64,000 nt of DNA from Vicinamibacteria bacterium (GTDB lineage: Bacteria; Acidobacteriota; Vicinamibacteria; Marinacidobacterales; Marinacidobacteraceae). The notes under the pieces were generated by a model. That model had not been told where the DNA came from, searched no databases, and saw only the letters and a program-made list of their open reading frames with translations. Shown piece after piece: positions 47,844 through 58,026 of the stretch (position 1 is the first letter of the stretch; each line of letters starts with the position of its first letter). Location: positions 1,920,001-1,984,000 of the forward strand of contig OY821641.1 of the NCBI GenBank assembly GCA_963555995.3. The letters are read 5' to 3'. The translations under genes were made by a program, and so were the position numbers.

Positions 47844-50240
47844 ATGTTCCGCTTCGCCTCTCTGGCCGGCCCCGTCCGCGGCTCGGCCGTGGTTTCGATA
47901 CTGCTCGCCCTTCCCGCCGGGGTGGCGGCAACACCAGTGTCCGAATCCGGATTCGCCGCCTCGGCCGCCGAGATCGTCGGAGAGGTCACCGACCCGCAGG
48001 GCCTGCTCGTGCCCGGGGCCGACGTGATCCTCACCCTCGCGAGCGGCGAGATCCGGGAGACCACCAGTGACGCGGCAGGCTCCTTCCGGTTCGACACGCT
48101 GCCGGAGGGCGTCCACCAACTGACCGTCCTCGGCCGCGGGTTCGCCGACCGGACCGTGGAGATCACCGTGGGCGGCGCGGGCGAGGTCCGGATCAGCATC
48201 CCGCTCGACATGTCGTTCTCGGAGCGGGTGACCGTCACCGGGCAGCAGCAGGAGCGGAGCCTCCAGGACGAACCGACGAGCGTCGCGCTCGTGAGCGGCG
48301 CGCAGCTCGACGCGGGGACCGACACCGACCTCTACCGGCTGGTCGCCATGACCCCGAACGTCAACTCGTCCTCCGACGTCCGCGGCTTCTCGATCCGAGG
48401 CATCAGCCAGCAGGGCTTCGGGCCCGAGGGCGGCCTGCTGCTGAGCGTCAAGCTCGACGGCGCCACCGTGCAGGGCTACCAGGGCACCTTCTTCGGGCCG
48501 TTCAGCACCTGGGACATGGACCGGGTCGAGATATTCCGCGGCCCCCAGTCCACCCAGCAGGGGCGGAACGCGCTCGCCGGCGCCATCGTCATGAAGAGCG
48601 CCGATCCCGAATACCGGACCGGGTTCCGGGTGCGCGGCCGGTTCGGCAACTTCGGCGCCACCCAGGGCTCGGCGGTCCTGAACGTCCCCATCGTGGCCGG
48701 CAAGGCCGCCTTCCGGCTCGCCGTGGACAACCGCAAGAGCGACGGCTTCGTCGAGAACCCGACCCGCGGGGAGGACTCCTACGACTACCGCGACTACCTC
48801 GCGGTCCGGATGAAGCTGCGTTTCGATCCGAGCACCCGGTTCCGGGGACTGCTCACCTACCAGGCCACCGAGAGCCGGGGCGGCGACGGCGCGATCAACG
48901 TGGACCGTTTCCCCGAAGAGCGGGTGAACGTTTCGGACCACCCCGCCGAGGACGGTTCGGAGCACCACAACCTGACGCTGGCGCTCGCCTACGACCTGAA
49001 CCACCGGCTGTCCCTCGAGTCGACATCGAGCGTTTACCAGCACGACTACCGCCGGGAAGAGGATCTGGACCAGACGCCCCTGGCGGCCGGCGTCCTCGAC
49101 TACACCACCGACGACGAGTGGATGACGCAGGAGTTCCTGCTCCGCTATCAGGGTCCGGGCCGCCGGAGCGGCGTGCTGGGGCTCTACTTCGCCGACCTCA
49201 CCGACACCCTGCAGGCGGACGCCGCCGGGCCGGGCGAACTGGCCGGCCTGCCGCCCGGCTTCACCCTGACCTCGTTCTTCAACACCGAGGAAACGACCCG
49301 GAACGCGGCCCTCTTCGGCGAGTTCGACCTCGGGCTGGCCGACGTCTGGACCCTCACCCTCGGCGCCCGCTACGACGACGAGCGCCGCCGGACCACGAAC
49401 CGCCAGGGGGTGGTCTCCGACCCGCCCCTGCCCCAGTTGCCGCCGGCGGGCCCCCCGCAGGAACTGGACGCGTCCTACCGGGCCTTCCTGCCGAAGGCCA
49501 CCCTGACCCGCGACTGGAGCGATGCGCTGTCCACCTCGGTCGGCTGGCAGCGGGGCTACCGGGCCGGGGGGCAGTCCATCGCCGTCCTGAGCCAGCGGGT
49601 CAGCGACTTCGAGCCGGAGTTCACCAGCAACGTCGAGTTCGCGCTGCGGGCGGCGGCGCCCGACCGGCGCTGGTTCTTCAACGGCAACGCGTTCTACACC
49701 GACTGGACCAACCAGCAGGTCCGGGTCATGACCGACCTCGGCCTGCCGGTGGACAGCGTCACGGTGAACGCCGGGGAATCCACCGTGCGCGGCCTCGAAG
49801 CGCAGGCCGGTTACTGGTTCGATCCGCGCGTTCAGCTCTACGGTTCGCTCGGCCTGCTCGACACCCGCTTCGACGACTTCCGCGACGGCGAGCGCGACTT
49901 CACGGGGAACGAGTTCCCGTACGCCCCGGCGTGGTCCTGGCTGGCCGGCGTCTCGGTTCGGCTGGACGACAACTGGTCGGGGAACGCCGAGGTCGCCGCG
50001 CAGGCGGACGCGTTCTCGAACAGCGGGAACGACGCCCGGTTCCGGGTGGGAGAGCGCACCCTGGTGAATGCCCGCTTCGGCTACCAGCGGGGCAACTTCG
50101 GGGTGTTCGCGTTCGGGCGGAATCTCCTCGACGAGGCGTATCTCCTCCAGGCGTGGCAACCGACCGCCCCGGTCTTCGGTGCGCTGGGGCGCGCCGGCGA
50201 ACCGAGGACCATCGGCATCGAACTGGACCTGAGTTTCTGA
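47844..50240 (+). CDS. TonB-dependent receptor with N-terminal carboxypeptidase-regulatory-like domain
   Basis: GEVTDPQGLLVPGADV, TonB box ERVTVTG, FSIRGI, RVEIFRGPQSTQQGRNALAGAI, C-terminal ELDLSF. Confidence 0.92.
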   Translation: MFRFASLAGPVRGSAVVSILLALPAGVAATPVSESGFAASAAEIVGEVTDPQGLLVPGADVILTLASGEIRETTSDAAGSFRFDTLPEGVHQLTVLGRGFADRTVEITVGGAGEVRISIPLDMSFSERVTVTGQQQERSLQDEPTSVALVSGAQLDAGTDTDLYRLVAMTPNVNSSSDVRGFSIRGISQQGFGPEGGLLLSVKLDGATVQGYQGTFFGPFSTWDMDRVEIFRGPQSTQQGRNALAGAIVMKSADPEYRTGFRVRGRFGNFGATQGSAVLNVPIVAGKAAFRLAVDNRKSDGFVENPTRGEDSYDYRDYLAVRMKLRFDPSTRFRGLLTYQATESRGGDGAINVDRFPEERVNVSDHPAEDGSEHHNLTLALAYDLNHRLSLESTSSVYQHDYRREEDLDQTPLAAGVLDYTTDDEWMTQEFLLRYQGPGRRSGVLGLYFADLTDTLQADAAGPGELAGLPPGFTLTSFFNTEETTRNAALFGEFDLGLADVWTLTLGARYDDERRRTTNRQGVVSDPPLPQLPPAGPPQELDASYRAFLPKATLTRDWSDALSTSVGWQRGYRAGGQSIAVLSQRVSDFEPEFTSNVEFALRAAAPDRRWFFNGNAFYTDWTNQQVRVMTDLGLPVDSVTVNAGESTVRGLEAQAGYWFDPRVQLYGSLGLLDTRFDDFRDGERDFTGNEFPYAPAWSWLAGVSVRLDDNWSGNAEVAAQADAFSNSGNDARFRVGERTLVNARFGYQRGNFGVFAFGRNLLDEAYLLQAWQPTAPVFGALGRAGEPRTIGIELDLSF

Positions 50241-50298
50241 CGGCGCGGCGTTCCCGCACGTCCGGACGACGCAACACCGCCGGCGGGTGGGGGCGGCC

Positions 50299-51246
50299 CT
50301 ATCCGGAGCGCGCGGCGAAGGTCTCCGCGCAGCCGGCGCAGCAGAACCACCAGGTCTCGCCGTCCGACTCGACCCGGTGCGGGGAGTCGCGGGACACGGT
50401 CATGCCGCAGATCGGGTCCACCGCGGTGTCTCCGGCGGGAGGCTCCAGCGCGATGCCGACGGCGGGAGCCGGGGCGGACTCCCCCGGCGCGGCCGGTTCG
50501 GCTTCCGCAGCCCGGCGCTCCTCCACGATCTGGGCGAGGATGCTGAGCGCGATCTCCCCGGGCGTCTCCGCGCCGATGTCGAGGCCCGCCGGGGACCGCA
50601 GGCGGGCAATCTCGGCGCCGGCGAGACCCATGCCGGTCAGCCGCTCGCGCACCGCCGCCGCCCGCCGGGGGCTCGCGACGAGACCGACGTAGCGGGCGCG
50701 GCCACCGGCGAGTCCGGCCTGGAGCGCCTCCCACTCCCCTTCGCCGTGGCCGGCGACCACCACGAACGCGCCGTCTGCAATCCGGGTCACGTCATCTTCG
50801 TCGTCGGCGGTCCGGACGTCCATCCCCAGGGCCTCGCCGAGCGCCCCCAGCGCTTCCACGATGGGTGAACTCCCCGCCAGCAGCAGCCGGCGCGACGGCA
50901 GGTAGGGCTCCAGGTGGATGTCGAGAGCGCCGCCACTTACGCAGGCCATGTGTTCCTCCAGGACTCCTTCCTCCGCACGGGCGCCCTCGGGAGGGCGGTC
51001 CGGGGAGATGCGGAGCAGCCGGGGCGCTCCGTCCGCGAGCGCCCGCAGCGACTCGCGCCGGACCGCCGGTTTGACGCAGGTCCCGCCGACGAAACCCCGA
51101 AACTGCCCGTCGCCGGTGACGATCGCCTTGGCGCCCGGCCGCGCCGAGGTCGGGCGTTCCGCGCGCACGACCGTCGCGAGGACAAAGGGCACCCCGTCCC
51201 GGTAGAGGCGCGCGGCGGCGGCGAAGACGTCGGTCGGTCCCATCAC
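50299..51246 (-). CDS. coxF: CoxF/XdhC chaperone with C-terminal YHS/TRASH metal-binding domain
   Basis: ATVVRAERPTSARPGAKA, GFVGGTC, CVSGG, YVGLVAS, PAGLDIGAETPGEIA; DPICGM...WFCCAGC. Confidence 0.88.
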   Translation of the reverse strand: MMGPTDVFAAAARLYRDGVPFVLATVVRAERPTSARPGAKAIVTGDGQFRGFVGGTCVKPAVRRESLRALADGAPRLLRISPDRPPEGARAEEGVLEEHMACVSGGALDIHLEPYLPSRRLLLAGSSPIVEALGALGEALGMDVRTADDEDDVTRIADGAFVVVAGHGEGEWEALQAGLAGGRARYVGLVASPRRAAAVRERLTGMGLAGAEIARLRSPAGLDIGAETPGEIALSILAQIVEERRAAEAEPAAPGESAPAPAVGIALEPPAGDTAVDPICGMTVSRDSPHRVESDGETWWFCCAGCAETFAARSG

Positions 51247-51269
51247 CGCGGCATGCGAAGTCCCAGGAG

Positions 51270-53615
51270 CTACCGGGTCGCCGTGGCGCCGTGCTCGTTG
51301 AGCACGTCCCAGACGCGCGCCGGGGTCATGGGGATCTCCATGTGCCGCACCCCGAGGTGCCAGAGCGCGTCCACCACCGCGTTCACCACCGCCGGGGGCG
51401 CACCCACGGTGGCGGACTCGCCGACGCCCTTGGCGCCGATGGGGTGGTGCGGCGACGGCGTGACCGTCTCGCCCAGCTCCCAGTGAGGGGTCTCCATCGC
51501 GGTCGGGACCAGGTACTCCATGAAGTTGCCGCCGGTGATGTTCCCGTCGGCGTCGTAGGAGATCTCCTCCATGAGCGCGGGGGCGATGCCCATCGTGAGC
51601 CCGCCGTGGATCTGGCCGTCCACGATCATCGGGTTGATCCGCACCCCGCAGTCGTCCACCGCCACGAAGCGCCGGATCCGGACCTGCCCGGTGCCGCGGT
51701 CAATGTCCACGCAGCAGATGTAGGACCCGAACGGGAAGGTCAGGTTCGGCGGGTCGTAGTAGGAGATCGCCTCCAGGCCGGCCTCCATCCCCTGGGGGTG
51801 GTTCGTGTAGGCCGCAAACGCGATGTCCTGGATGGTCTTCGCCCGGTCCGGGGAGCCCTTCACGTAGAACTTCCCCCGCTCCCACACGAGGTCGGCTTCG
51901 TCGGCCTCGAGGAGGTGCGCGGCGATCTTCCTCGCCTTCTCGCGGATCTTCCGCGACGCGATGGACGCCGCCGCGCCCGCGGTCGGGGTCGAACGGCTGG
52001 CATAGGTGCCGAGGCCGTAGGGCGCCGTGTCCGTGTCCCCCTCCTCGACCTGGATGTCCTCCGGCGGGATGCCGAGCTCCTCCGCGATGATCTGCGCGTA
52101 GGTGGTCTCGTGCCCCTGCCCCTGGGACTTGGTGCCAAAGCGGGCGATCGCCTTCCCGGTGGGGTGGATGCGGATCTCGCTCGAATCGAACATCTTGATC
52201 CCGAGGATGTCGAAGGTCTTCGACGGCCCGGCCCCCACGATCTCGGTGAACGAGGAGATGCCGATCCCCATCAGCTCGCCGCGGGCGCGCTTTTCCGCCT
52301 GCTCGGCCCGGAGGTCCCGGTAGCCGATCATGTCCATCGCCTTCTCCAGCGCCGCCCCGTAGTCCCCGCTGTCGTACTCCCAGCCGAGGGCGGACTGGTA
52401 CGGGAACTGGTCGGGCTGGATGAAGTTCCGCAGGCGGAAGTCCGCCGGGTCCTCTCCGTTCTCGCGAGCCAGCAGGTCCACCATCCGCTCGATGGCATGG
52501 ACGGCCTCGGTGACCCGGAAGGAACACCGGTAGGCGATCCCGCCCGGCGGCTTGTTCGTGTACACCCCGTCCACCGAGACGTGGGCGCTTTCGAGGTCGT
52601 AGGACCCGGTGGCGATGTGGTAGAGCCCCGCCGGGAACTTGGACGGGTTGGCCGCCGCGTCCGAGTAGCCGTGGTCGGCGACGGTGTCCAGCTTCAGCGC
52701 GGTCACCTTGCCGTCCTTCGATCCCAGCCTGGCGGTGATGTGGTAGTCGCGGGCGAAGGAGTCCGCCTGGAGGTTCTCCGAGCGGTCCTCGATCCACTTG
52801 ACCGGCTTGCCGGTGACCACCGAGGCGGCGGTCGCGAGTACGTAGCCCGGATAGACCGGCACCTTGCCCCCGAACCCGCCGCCGATGTCGGGCGAGATCA
52901 CCCGGATCTTGTGTTCGGCGAGGCCGAGATGGGCGGTCACGAGCGCCACCACGGTGCGGATGGCGTGCGGCGCCTGGGTGGTCAGGTAGAGGGTGAGGTG
53001 GCCCTCGACCGGGTTCCAGCTCGCCACGCAGCCGCAGGTCTCGATGGAGGCCACGTGGATGCGCGGGAGGTGCATCTGCTGCTCGACGACGGTGTCGCAC
53101 CCGGCGAGCGCGGCTTCCGTCGCATCGGAGTCGCCGTGCTCCCAGTGGAAGATGTGGTTGCTCTCCTTGTCGTCGCGGACCTTGGTCGCCCCGGGTTTCA
53201 GGGCCTCGTGCGGGTCCACCACCACGGGAAGCGGGTCGTAGTCCACTTCGAGCGCGGCGGCGCCGTCGGCGGCGGCATAGCGCGAAGTCGCGACGATCGC
53301 CGCCACTTCCTGCGCCTGGTACTTCACGGTGTCCACCGGCAACACCATCTGCTGGTCGCTCATCAGCGTCGGCATCCAGGCGAGCTTGAACCCCTCGAGG
53401 GTCTTCCCGGTGATGACCGCGGCCACGCCGTCCACCGCCATCGCGGTGTCCTCGTGGATCTTGGTGATCTTCGCGTGGGCGTAGGGGCTCCGGGCGATGT
53501 CCAGGTAGAGCATCCCCGGGAGCGTGATGTCGTCTATGTAGCGGCCCTGTCCCCGGATGAAGCGGGCGTCTTCCTTTCTCTGGACGGAGTGTCCGAGACC
53601 TCTGCACTCAGCCAT
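51270..53615 (-). CDS. coxL: Aerobic Mo-Cu carbon monoxide dehydrogenase large subunit, form I
   Basis: Form I active-site loop IAYRCSFR; [33 protein letters not shown]; M-S-L gene order. Confidence 0.96.
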   Translation of the reverse strand: MAECRGLGHSVQRKEDARFIRGQGRYIDDITLPGMLYLDIARSPYAHAKITKIHEDTAMAVDGVAAVITGKTLEGFKLAWMPTLMSDQQMVLPVDTVKYQAQEVAAIVATSRYAAADGAAALEVDYDPLPVVVDPHEALKPGATKVRDDKESNHIFHWEHGDSDATEAALAGCDTVVEQQMHLPRIHVASIETCGCVASWNPVEGHLTLYLTTQAPHAIRTVVALVTAHLGLAEHKIRVISPDIGGGFGGKVPVYPGYVLATAASVVTGKPVKWIEDRSENLQADSFARDYHITARLGSKDGKVTALKLDTVADHGYSDAAANPSKFPAGLYHIATGSYDLESAHVSVDGVYTNKPPGGIAYRCSFRVTEAVHAIERMVDLLARENGEDPADFRLRNFIQPDQFPYQSALGWEYDSGDYGAALEKAMDMIGYRDLRAEQAEKRARGELMGIGISSFTEIVGAGPSKTFDILGIKMFDSSEIRIHPTGKAIARFGTKSQGQGHETTYAQIIAEELGIPPEDIQVEEGDTDTAPYGLGTYASRSTPTAGAAASIASRKIREKARKIAAHLLEADEADLVWERGKFYVKGSPDRAKTIQDIAFAAYTNHPQGMEAGLEAISYYDPPNLTFPFGSYICCVDIDRGTGQVRIRRFVAVDDCGVRINPMIVDGQIHGGLTMGIAPALMEEISYDADGNITGGNFMEYLVPTAMETPHWELGETVTPSPHHPIGAKGVGESATVGAPPAVVNAVVDALWHLGVRHMEIPMTPARVWDVLNEHGATATR

Positions 53616-54090
53616 CGCTGTTCTCCTTCATCAGTTCGCTGGCCCGCTGGACGGCCCTCACGATGTTCAGGTAACCGGTGCACCGGCACAGGTTGCCGGA
53701 AATGCCCCAGCGGATCTCCTCCTCGGTGGGCTCCGGGTTCTCTTCCAGGAGCGCCTTCGAGGTCATCATCATCCCGGGGGTGCAGAAGCCGCACTGGAGG
53801 CCGTGCTTCTCGGTGAATCCCTGCTGGACGGGATGGAGACCGCCGTTTCCGAGCCCTTCGACCGTGGTGACTTCCGAGCCGTCGGCGGCCACCGCGAACA
53901 CGGTGCAGCTCTTGGCCGGAACGCCGTCCAGGAGGACGGTGCAGGCGCCGCAGGAGGTGGTGTCGCACCCGATGTGGGTGCCGGTGAGGCCGAGCTCCTC
54001 CCGGATGAAGTGCACGAGCAGCAGCCGCGCTTCCACCTCGCGGGTGTGTTCTTCACCGTTGATGGTGACGCTGATCTGGTGGGAACTCAT
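53608..54090 (-). CDS. coxS: CO dehydrogenase small 2Fe-2S subunit
   Basis: [32 protein letters not shown]. Confidence 0.94.
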   Translation of the reverse strand: MSSHQISVTINGEEHTREVEARLLLVHFIREELGLTGTHIGCDTTSCGACTVLLDGVPAKSCTVFAVAADGSEVTTVEGLGNGGLHPVQQGFTEKHGLQCGFCTPGMMMTSKALLEENPEPTEEEIRWGISGNLCRCTGYLNIVRAVQRASELMKENSDG

Positions 54091-54956
54091 GACGCCTCCC
54101 TCGCCCGGGCAAGCGCGCTGGAGGCCGCCCGATGGGTGAGCACGCGGACCACCGCGCGCTTGTAGTCGGCGGAGCCACGGTGATCGTCAGACGGGTCCGC
54201 CGCCGCGGCCGCGGCTTCGGCCGCCGCATCGAGCGCCGCGTCGTTGCCGTCGGAACCGGCGAGCGCCGCTTCCGCCGCCCCGACCTGGATGGCGGTGAGG
54301 CCCACGTTGGTCAGTGCCACGCCGGCGCTGGCGATCCGCCCGCCGTCGAGTTGCAACTGGACCGCCACCGCCGCCACCGCGTAGTCGCCGACCTTCCGCT
54401 CGAACTTCTGGTAGGCGCCCCCGGCGCCGGGCCCCGCCGTCGGGATGCGGATCTCGGTCAGGATCTCGCCGTCGTCGAGGCAGGTGGAGAACGGCCCGGT
54501 GAAGAAATCGGAAGCGGCGATCGTCCGCTGGCCGGAGGGACCGGAAGCGACGAAGGACGCCCGGTAGGCGAGCATCGTCGCCGGATGGTCGTTCCCCGGA
54601 TCGGCGTGGGCGACGTTCCCGCCCACGGTCGCCAGGTTCCGGACCACCGGGTCCGCGATGACGCGGGTGGTGTCGGCGAGCAGCGGGTAGCGGCTCTGCA
54701 CCAGTTCCGACTTCTCGAGTTCGGACTCGCGGGTCATCGCCCCGATGCACAGGGAGCCGCCCTCTTCGCGGATCCCGGAGAGCCCGGGGATCTTCCTCAG
54801 GTCCACCAGCGCGGCCGGCTCCGCCAGCCGGAACCGCATCATGGGGATGAGGCTGTGTCCCCCGGCCAGCAGCTTGGCCTCGGGGTTCGCCAGCAGCAGC
54901 CGGCTCGCCTCTTCCAGGTTGTCGGGAGCGTGATAGTCGAACGACGGTGGAATCAC
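54087..54956 (-). CDS. coxM: CO dehydrogenase medium FAD subunit
   Basis: [50 protein letters not shown]; SD AGGAGG before GTG 54956. Confidence 0.93.
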   Translation of the reverse strand: MIPPSFDYHAPDNLEEASRLLLANPEAKLLAGGHSLIPMMRFRLAEPAALVDLRKIPGLSGIREEGGSLCIGAMTRESELEKSELVQSRYPLLADTTRVIADPVVRNLATVGGNVAHADPGNDHPATMLAYRASFVASGPSGQRTIAASDFFTGPFSTCLDDGEILTEIRIPTAGPGAGGAYQKFERKVGDYAVAAVAVQLQLDGGRIASAGVALTNVGLTAIQVGAAEAALAGSDGNDAALDAAAEAAAAAADPSDDHRGSADYKRAVVRVLTHRAASSALARAREAS

Positions 54957-55011
54957 GGAGTCCCCTCCTTTTCCGGATTCCCGAGCATACCAGCGTGTTG
55001 GAATGGCACGT

Positions 55012-55178
55012 ACGGCTTGGAGCGCCGGCTTCAGCCGGCACCCGCGGCGCGGAGCGCAGCGGACTGCACGACGCTGTCCCGCGCGACCGCGTTCGGCTCT
55101 CGGTCCATCACTGCGAACAGCGGCACGACATCCGCGGGCCCGGCCGCGGTGCCGGCTGAAGCCGGCGCTCCAAGCCGT
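55012..55178. repeat. REPIN-like doublet: perfect 31-bp inverted repeats (55012-55042 / 55148-55178)
   Basis: ACGGCTTGGAGCGCCGGCTTCAGCCGGCACC and its exact reverse complement; each holds the hairpin GCCGGCT-TC-AGCCGGC. Confidence 0.85.
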
Positions 55179-55251
55179 TTCGCCATGCGCGTGCTGCAAC
55201 TCGCCCGAATGCCGACCCGACGCCGGTTCTGATTCAATCCGCGCCCACACC

Positions 55252-55530
55252 GTGTCTGAACCCTCCCCGCCGCGACCGGGTGCCTGGAAACGCAGCCTCC
55301 GCCTGATCGGCATCCTGCTCGCGATCTGGTTCACCGCCTCGCTCGGGTTGGGCGTCCTGCTCGCCGAGCCGCTGAACCGGATCTGGGTCGGCGGTTTCCC
55401 GCTCGGCTTCTGGTTCGCCCAGCAGGGCGCGATCCTGGTCTTCCTGGTCCTGCTGGTCGTCAACGCGGTCGCCATGGACCGCATCGAGCGCGACGCCGAC
55501 CGGTCCGACGAGCGCGAGGAATCGTCGTGA
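55252..55530 (+). CDS. Small membrane partner of the solute symporter (DUF4212-like)
   Basis: AWKRSLRLIGILLAIWF, GGFPLGFWFAQQGAI; GTGA overlap with the symporter. Confidence 0.85.
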   Translation: MSEPSPPRPGAWKRSLRLIGILLAIWFTASLGLGVLLAEPLNRIWVGGFPLGFWFAQQGAILVFLVLLVVNAVAMDRIERDADRSDEREESS

Positions 55531-57206
55531 GCATCGCGACCTGGACCCTCGTCTTCGTCGTCGGCAGCTTCGCCCTCTACAGCGCCATCGCGGTGGCGAG
55601 CCGGGTCCGCACCACCTCCGGCTTCTACGTGGCCGGACGCGGGGTCTCCGCCCTCGCGAACGGCATGGCGACCGGGGCGGACTGGATGAGCGCCGCTTCC
55701 TTCATCTCGATGGCGGGGCTCATCTCGTTCATGGGTTACGACGGGGCGATCTACCTCATGGGGTGGACTGGCGGCTACGTCCTGCTGGCGCTGCTGGTGG
55801 CGCCCTACCTCCGCCGCTACGGCCGCTACACCATCCCGGAGTTCGTCGGCGACCGCTTCGCCTCGCAGGCCGCCCGGCTGACCGCGGTGGTGTGCGCCGT
55901 CTTCATCTCGTTCACCTACGTGGCCGGCCAGATGCGCGGCGTCGGGGTGGTGTTCTCCCGCTTCCTGACCATCCCGGTCGAGTACGGGGTGGTCATCGGC
56001 GGCGTGATCGTGCTGCTCTACGCGACGCTCGGGGGCATGCGCGGCATCACCTACACCCAGGTGGCCCAGTACTGCGTGCTGATCGTCGCCTTCCTGATTC
56101 CCGCCGGCGCCATCTCCTGGATGATGACCGGCACGCCCATCCCGCAGATCGGCTTCGGGTCGCCCCTGATCGAGGGAGAACGCGCCGGCGTGGCGCTCCT
56201 GCGCGCGATCGACCAGATCCACACCGATCTCGGGTTACCCGAGTACACCGGGGCCTTCCTGGCGGGCAAGAAGACCCTGCCCGACGTCTTCGCCATCACC
56301 CTGGCGCTCATGACCGGGACCGCGGGGCTGCCGCACGTCCTGATCCGCTTCTACACCGTGAAGACCGCGCGCCTCGCCCGCTGGAGCGTGATGTGGGCGC
56401 TCTTCTTCATCGCGATCCTCTACACCACCGCCCCGGCGGTGGCCGCCTTCGCCCGGGTCAACATGATCCAGACGCTTCACAACACGCCCTACGACGAGGC
56501 TCCCGAGTGGTTCCGGAACTGGGCGGCGACCGGCCTCATCCGGTTCACCGACCGGAACGGCGACGGCCTCATCCAGTACGGCGAAGGACCGGGCGCGGAG
56601 CTGGTCATTGACCGGGACATCATGGTGCTCGCCAACCCGGAGATCGCCGAGTTGCCGGCGTGGGTCGTCGGGCTGGTCGCCGCGGGCGGCCTGGCGGCGG
56701 CGCTCTCCACCGCGGCCGGCCTCCTGCTCGTCATTTCGGCGTCGGTGTCCCACGACCTGCTGAAGAGCTTCCTGCGGCCCGGCATGAGCGAGCGGAAGGA
56801 GCTGGCGGCCGCCCGGCTCTCGGCCGCCGGCGCGTGCGTGGTCGCGATCATCGTCGGGATCTACCCGCCCGACTACGTGGCGGCGGTGGTGGCCTTCGCC
56901 TTCGGCCTGGCCGCCGCCAGCTTCTTCCCGGCGCTCGTCCTGGGGGTCTTCACCACCTGGGTCACGGCCCGCGGCGCGGTGGCCGGCATGATCGCCGGGA
57001 CCGGCTTCACCGCGGTCTATATCGGCTGGTTCAAGGTCTTCGAATGGAGCGGCCCCGAGGCCTGGTGGTTCGGGATCAGCCCGGAGGGCATCGGCACCCT
57101 GGGGATGCTGATCAACTTCGGCGTCACCTGGTTCGTGAGCCGCCGCACCGGCCCGCCGCCGGCGGACAGCGCGAAGATGGTCGCGATGCTGCGAGGAGAG
57201 CGGTAG
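55527..57206 (+). CDS. actP: Cation/acetate symporter, ActP-like (VC_2705 subfamily of SSS)
   Basis: NGMATGADWMSAASFISMAG, GWTGGYVLLA, YVAGQMRGVG, GTAGLPHVLIRFYT, AAALSTAAGLLL. Confidence 0.88.
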   Translation: MSIATWTLVFVVGSFALYSAIAVASRVRTTSGFYVAGRGVSALANGMATGADWMSAASFISMAGLISFMGYDGAIYLMGWTGGYVLLALLVAPYLRRYGRYTIPEFVGDRFASQAARLTAVVCAVFISFTYVAGQMRGVGVVFSRFLTIPVEYGVVIGGVIVLLYATLGGMRGITYTQVAQYCVLIVAFLIPAGAISWMMTGTPIPQIGFGSPLIEGERAGVALLRAIDQIHTDLGLPEYTGAFLAGKKTLPDVFAITLALMTGTAGLPHVLIRFYTVKTARLARWSVMWALFFIAILYTTAPAVAAFARVNMIQTLHNTPYDEAPEWFRNWAATGLIRFTDRNGDGLIQYGEGPGAELVIDRDIMVLANPEIAELPAWVVGLVAAGGLAAALSTAAGLLLVISASVSHDLLKSFLRPGMSERKELAAARLSAAGACVVAIIVGIYPPDYVAAVVAFAFGLAAASFFPALVLGVFTTWVTARGAVAGMIAGTGFTAVYIGWFKVFEWSGPEAWWFGISPEGIGTLGMLINFGVTWFVSRRTGPPPADSAKMVAMLRGER

Positions 57207-57335
57207 CGTCAGGCTAGAGGGTGCCCAGCGCTGATCGGGTTGCCCTCAGATTGACTCGTTGGACCGGAAAGGGTGAACCGACGGAATCACCCGTCAAGCC
57301 AAACCTCCGGCACTCCGCTCGCAGCACCCGATGCC

Positions 57336-57758
57336 CTATGCCATCCGGACGTGCTGGACCGCAACCCCGAGCCCCGACGCTCGCGACAGCCGCCCGTCGG
57401 TCGTCAGGATAGGCGCGTCCTGGGCGCGAGCGACGGCGACGTAGAAGGCGTCGTACGCAGTCACGTTGTGGAGATGACGCCATGCCCTGCGCGCCAACGT
57501 TCGATGGGGGATGCGTTCCAGCTGCCAGTCGGCGAGGTCGTCGAGAGCCGTCCGCGCACGTGGCTCTTCGAGCCACCCGCCCAACACTGCGCCCCGTAAC
57601 GCTGACACGACCTCCACGTCGAGCAATTCAGGCGCAACCAGCGTGGCACGCGCGATCAGGTGCGCGACGGCCGCGCCGGTCGGGGTCTTCAGAAGAAATT
57701 CGACCGCCGCGGAGGCGTCCACGACGTATCGCGGCGCCTCAGCCCGTTCGACGATCAC
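57336..57758 (-). CDS. vapC: Type II TA toxin, VapC/PIN domain
   Basis: VVDASAAVE, APELLDVEV, TAYDAFYVAVA, LTTDGRL. Confidence 0.9.
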   Translation of the reverse strand: MIVERAEAPRYVVDASAAVEFLLKTPTGAAVAHLIARATLVAPELLDVEVVSALRGAVLGGWLEEPRARTALDDLADWQLERIPHRTLARRAWRHLHNVTAYDAFYVAVARAQDAPILTTDGRLSRASGLGVAVQHVRMA

Positions 57759-57972
57759 GGTGGGCGCGCGCTTCCGCGATCAGCGTCGCCGCCTCCACTC
57801 CGAGATTGGTCGCAGGCCGCTCAGCAAAGCGCTTGTTCCACTCCCACGCAGCCACCTCTCGCTTCACGGCGTCCAACACCGCCGCGCTCACCGTGCGGTT
57901 TGTCTCGCGGGCCAGCGAGCGCAGCCGGTCGTGAAGCGAATCGGGGACGTTTTTTACTTGGAGATGGGCCAT
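57739..57972 (-). CDS. Type II TA antitoxin (FitA-like RHH)
   Basis: MAHLQVKNVPDSLHDRLRSLARETNRTVSAAVL; overlaps the toxin start. Confidence 0.85.
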   Translation of the reverse strand: MAHLQVKNVPDSLHDRLRSLARETNRTVSAAVLDAVKREVAAWEWNKRFAERPATNLGVEAATLIAEARAHRDRRTG

Positions 57973-57979
57973 GGGGAGG

Positions 57980-58012
57980 ACAGTAGCATGAAATCCGCAT
58001 GATTTCAGCATG
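57980..58012 (-). promoter_or_regulatory. Leaderless TA promoter (extended -10 TGcTACTGT) with three GCATG boxes at an 11-bp period
   Basis: GCATG at 57986, 57997 and 58008; -10 lies 7 nt before ATG 57972. Confidence 0.5.
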
Positions 58013-58026
58013 TTCAGATTTCTGCG

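Noticed and set aside
54087-56222. 711-aa extended CoxM, and similar long N-terminal extensions of TctA, CoxD, the 47396 antitoxin and the 34004 VWA ORF
   Set aside because: The extensions overlap other genes or REP DNA; downstream starts with SD motifs or stop-start overlaps give family-typical lengths
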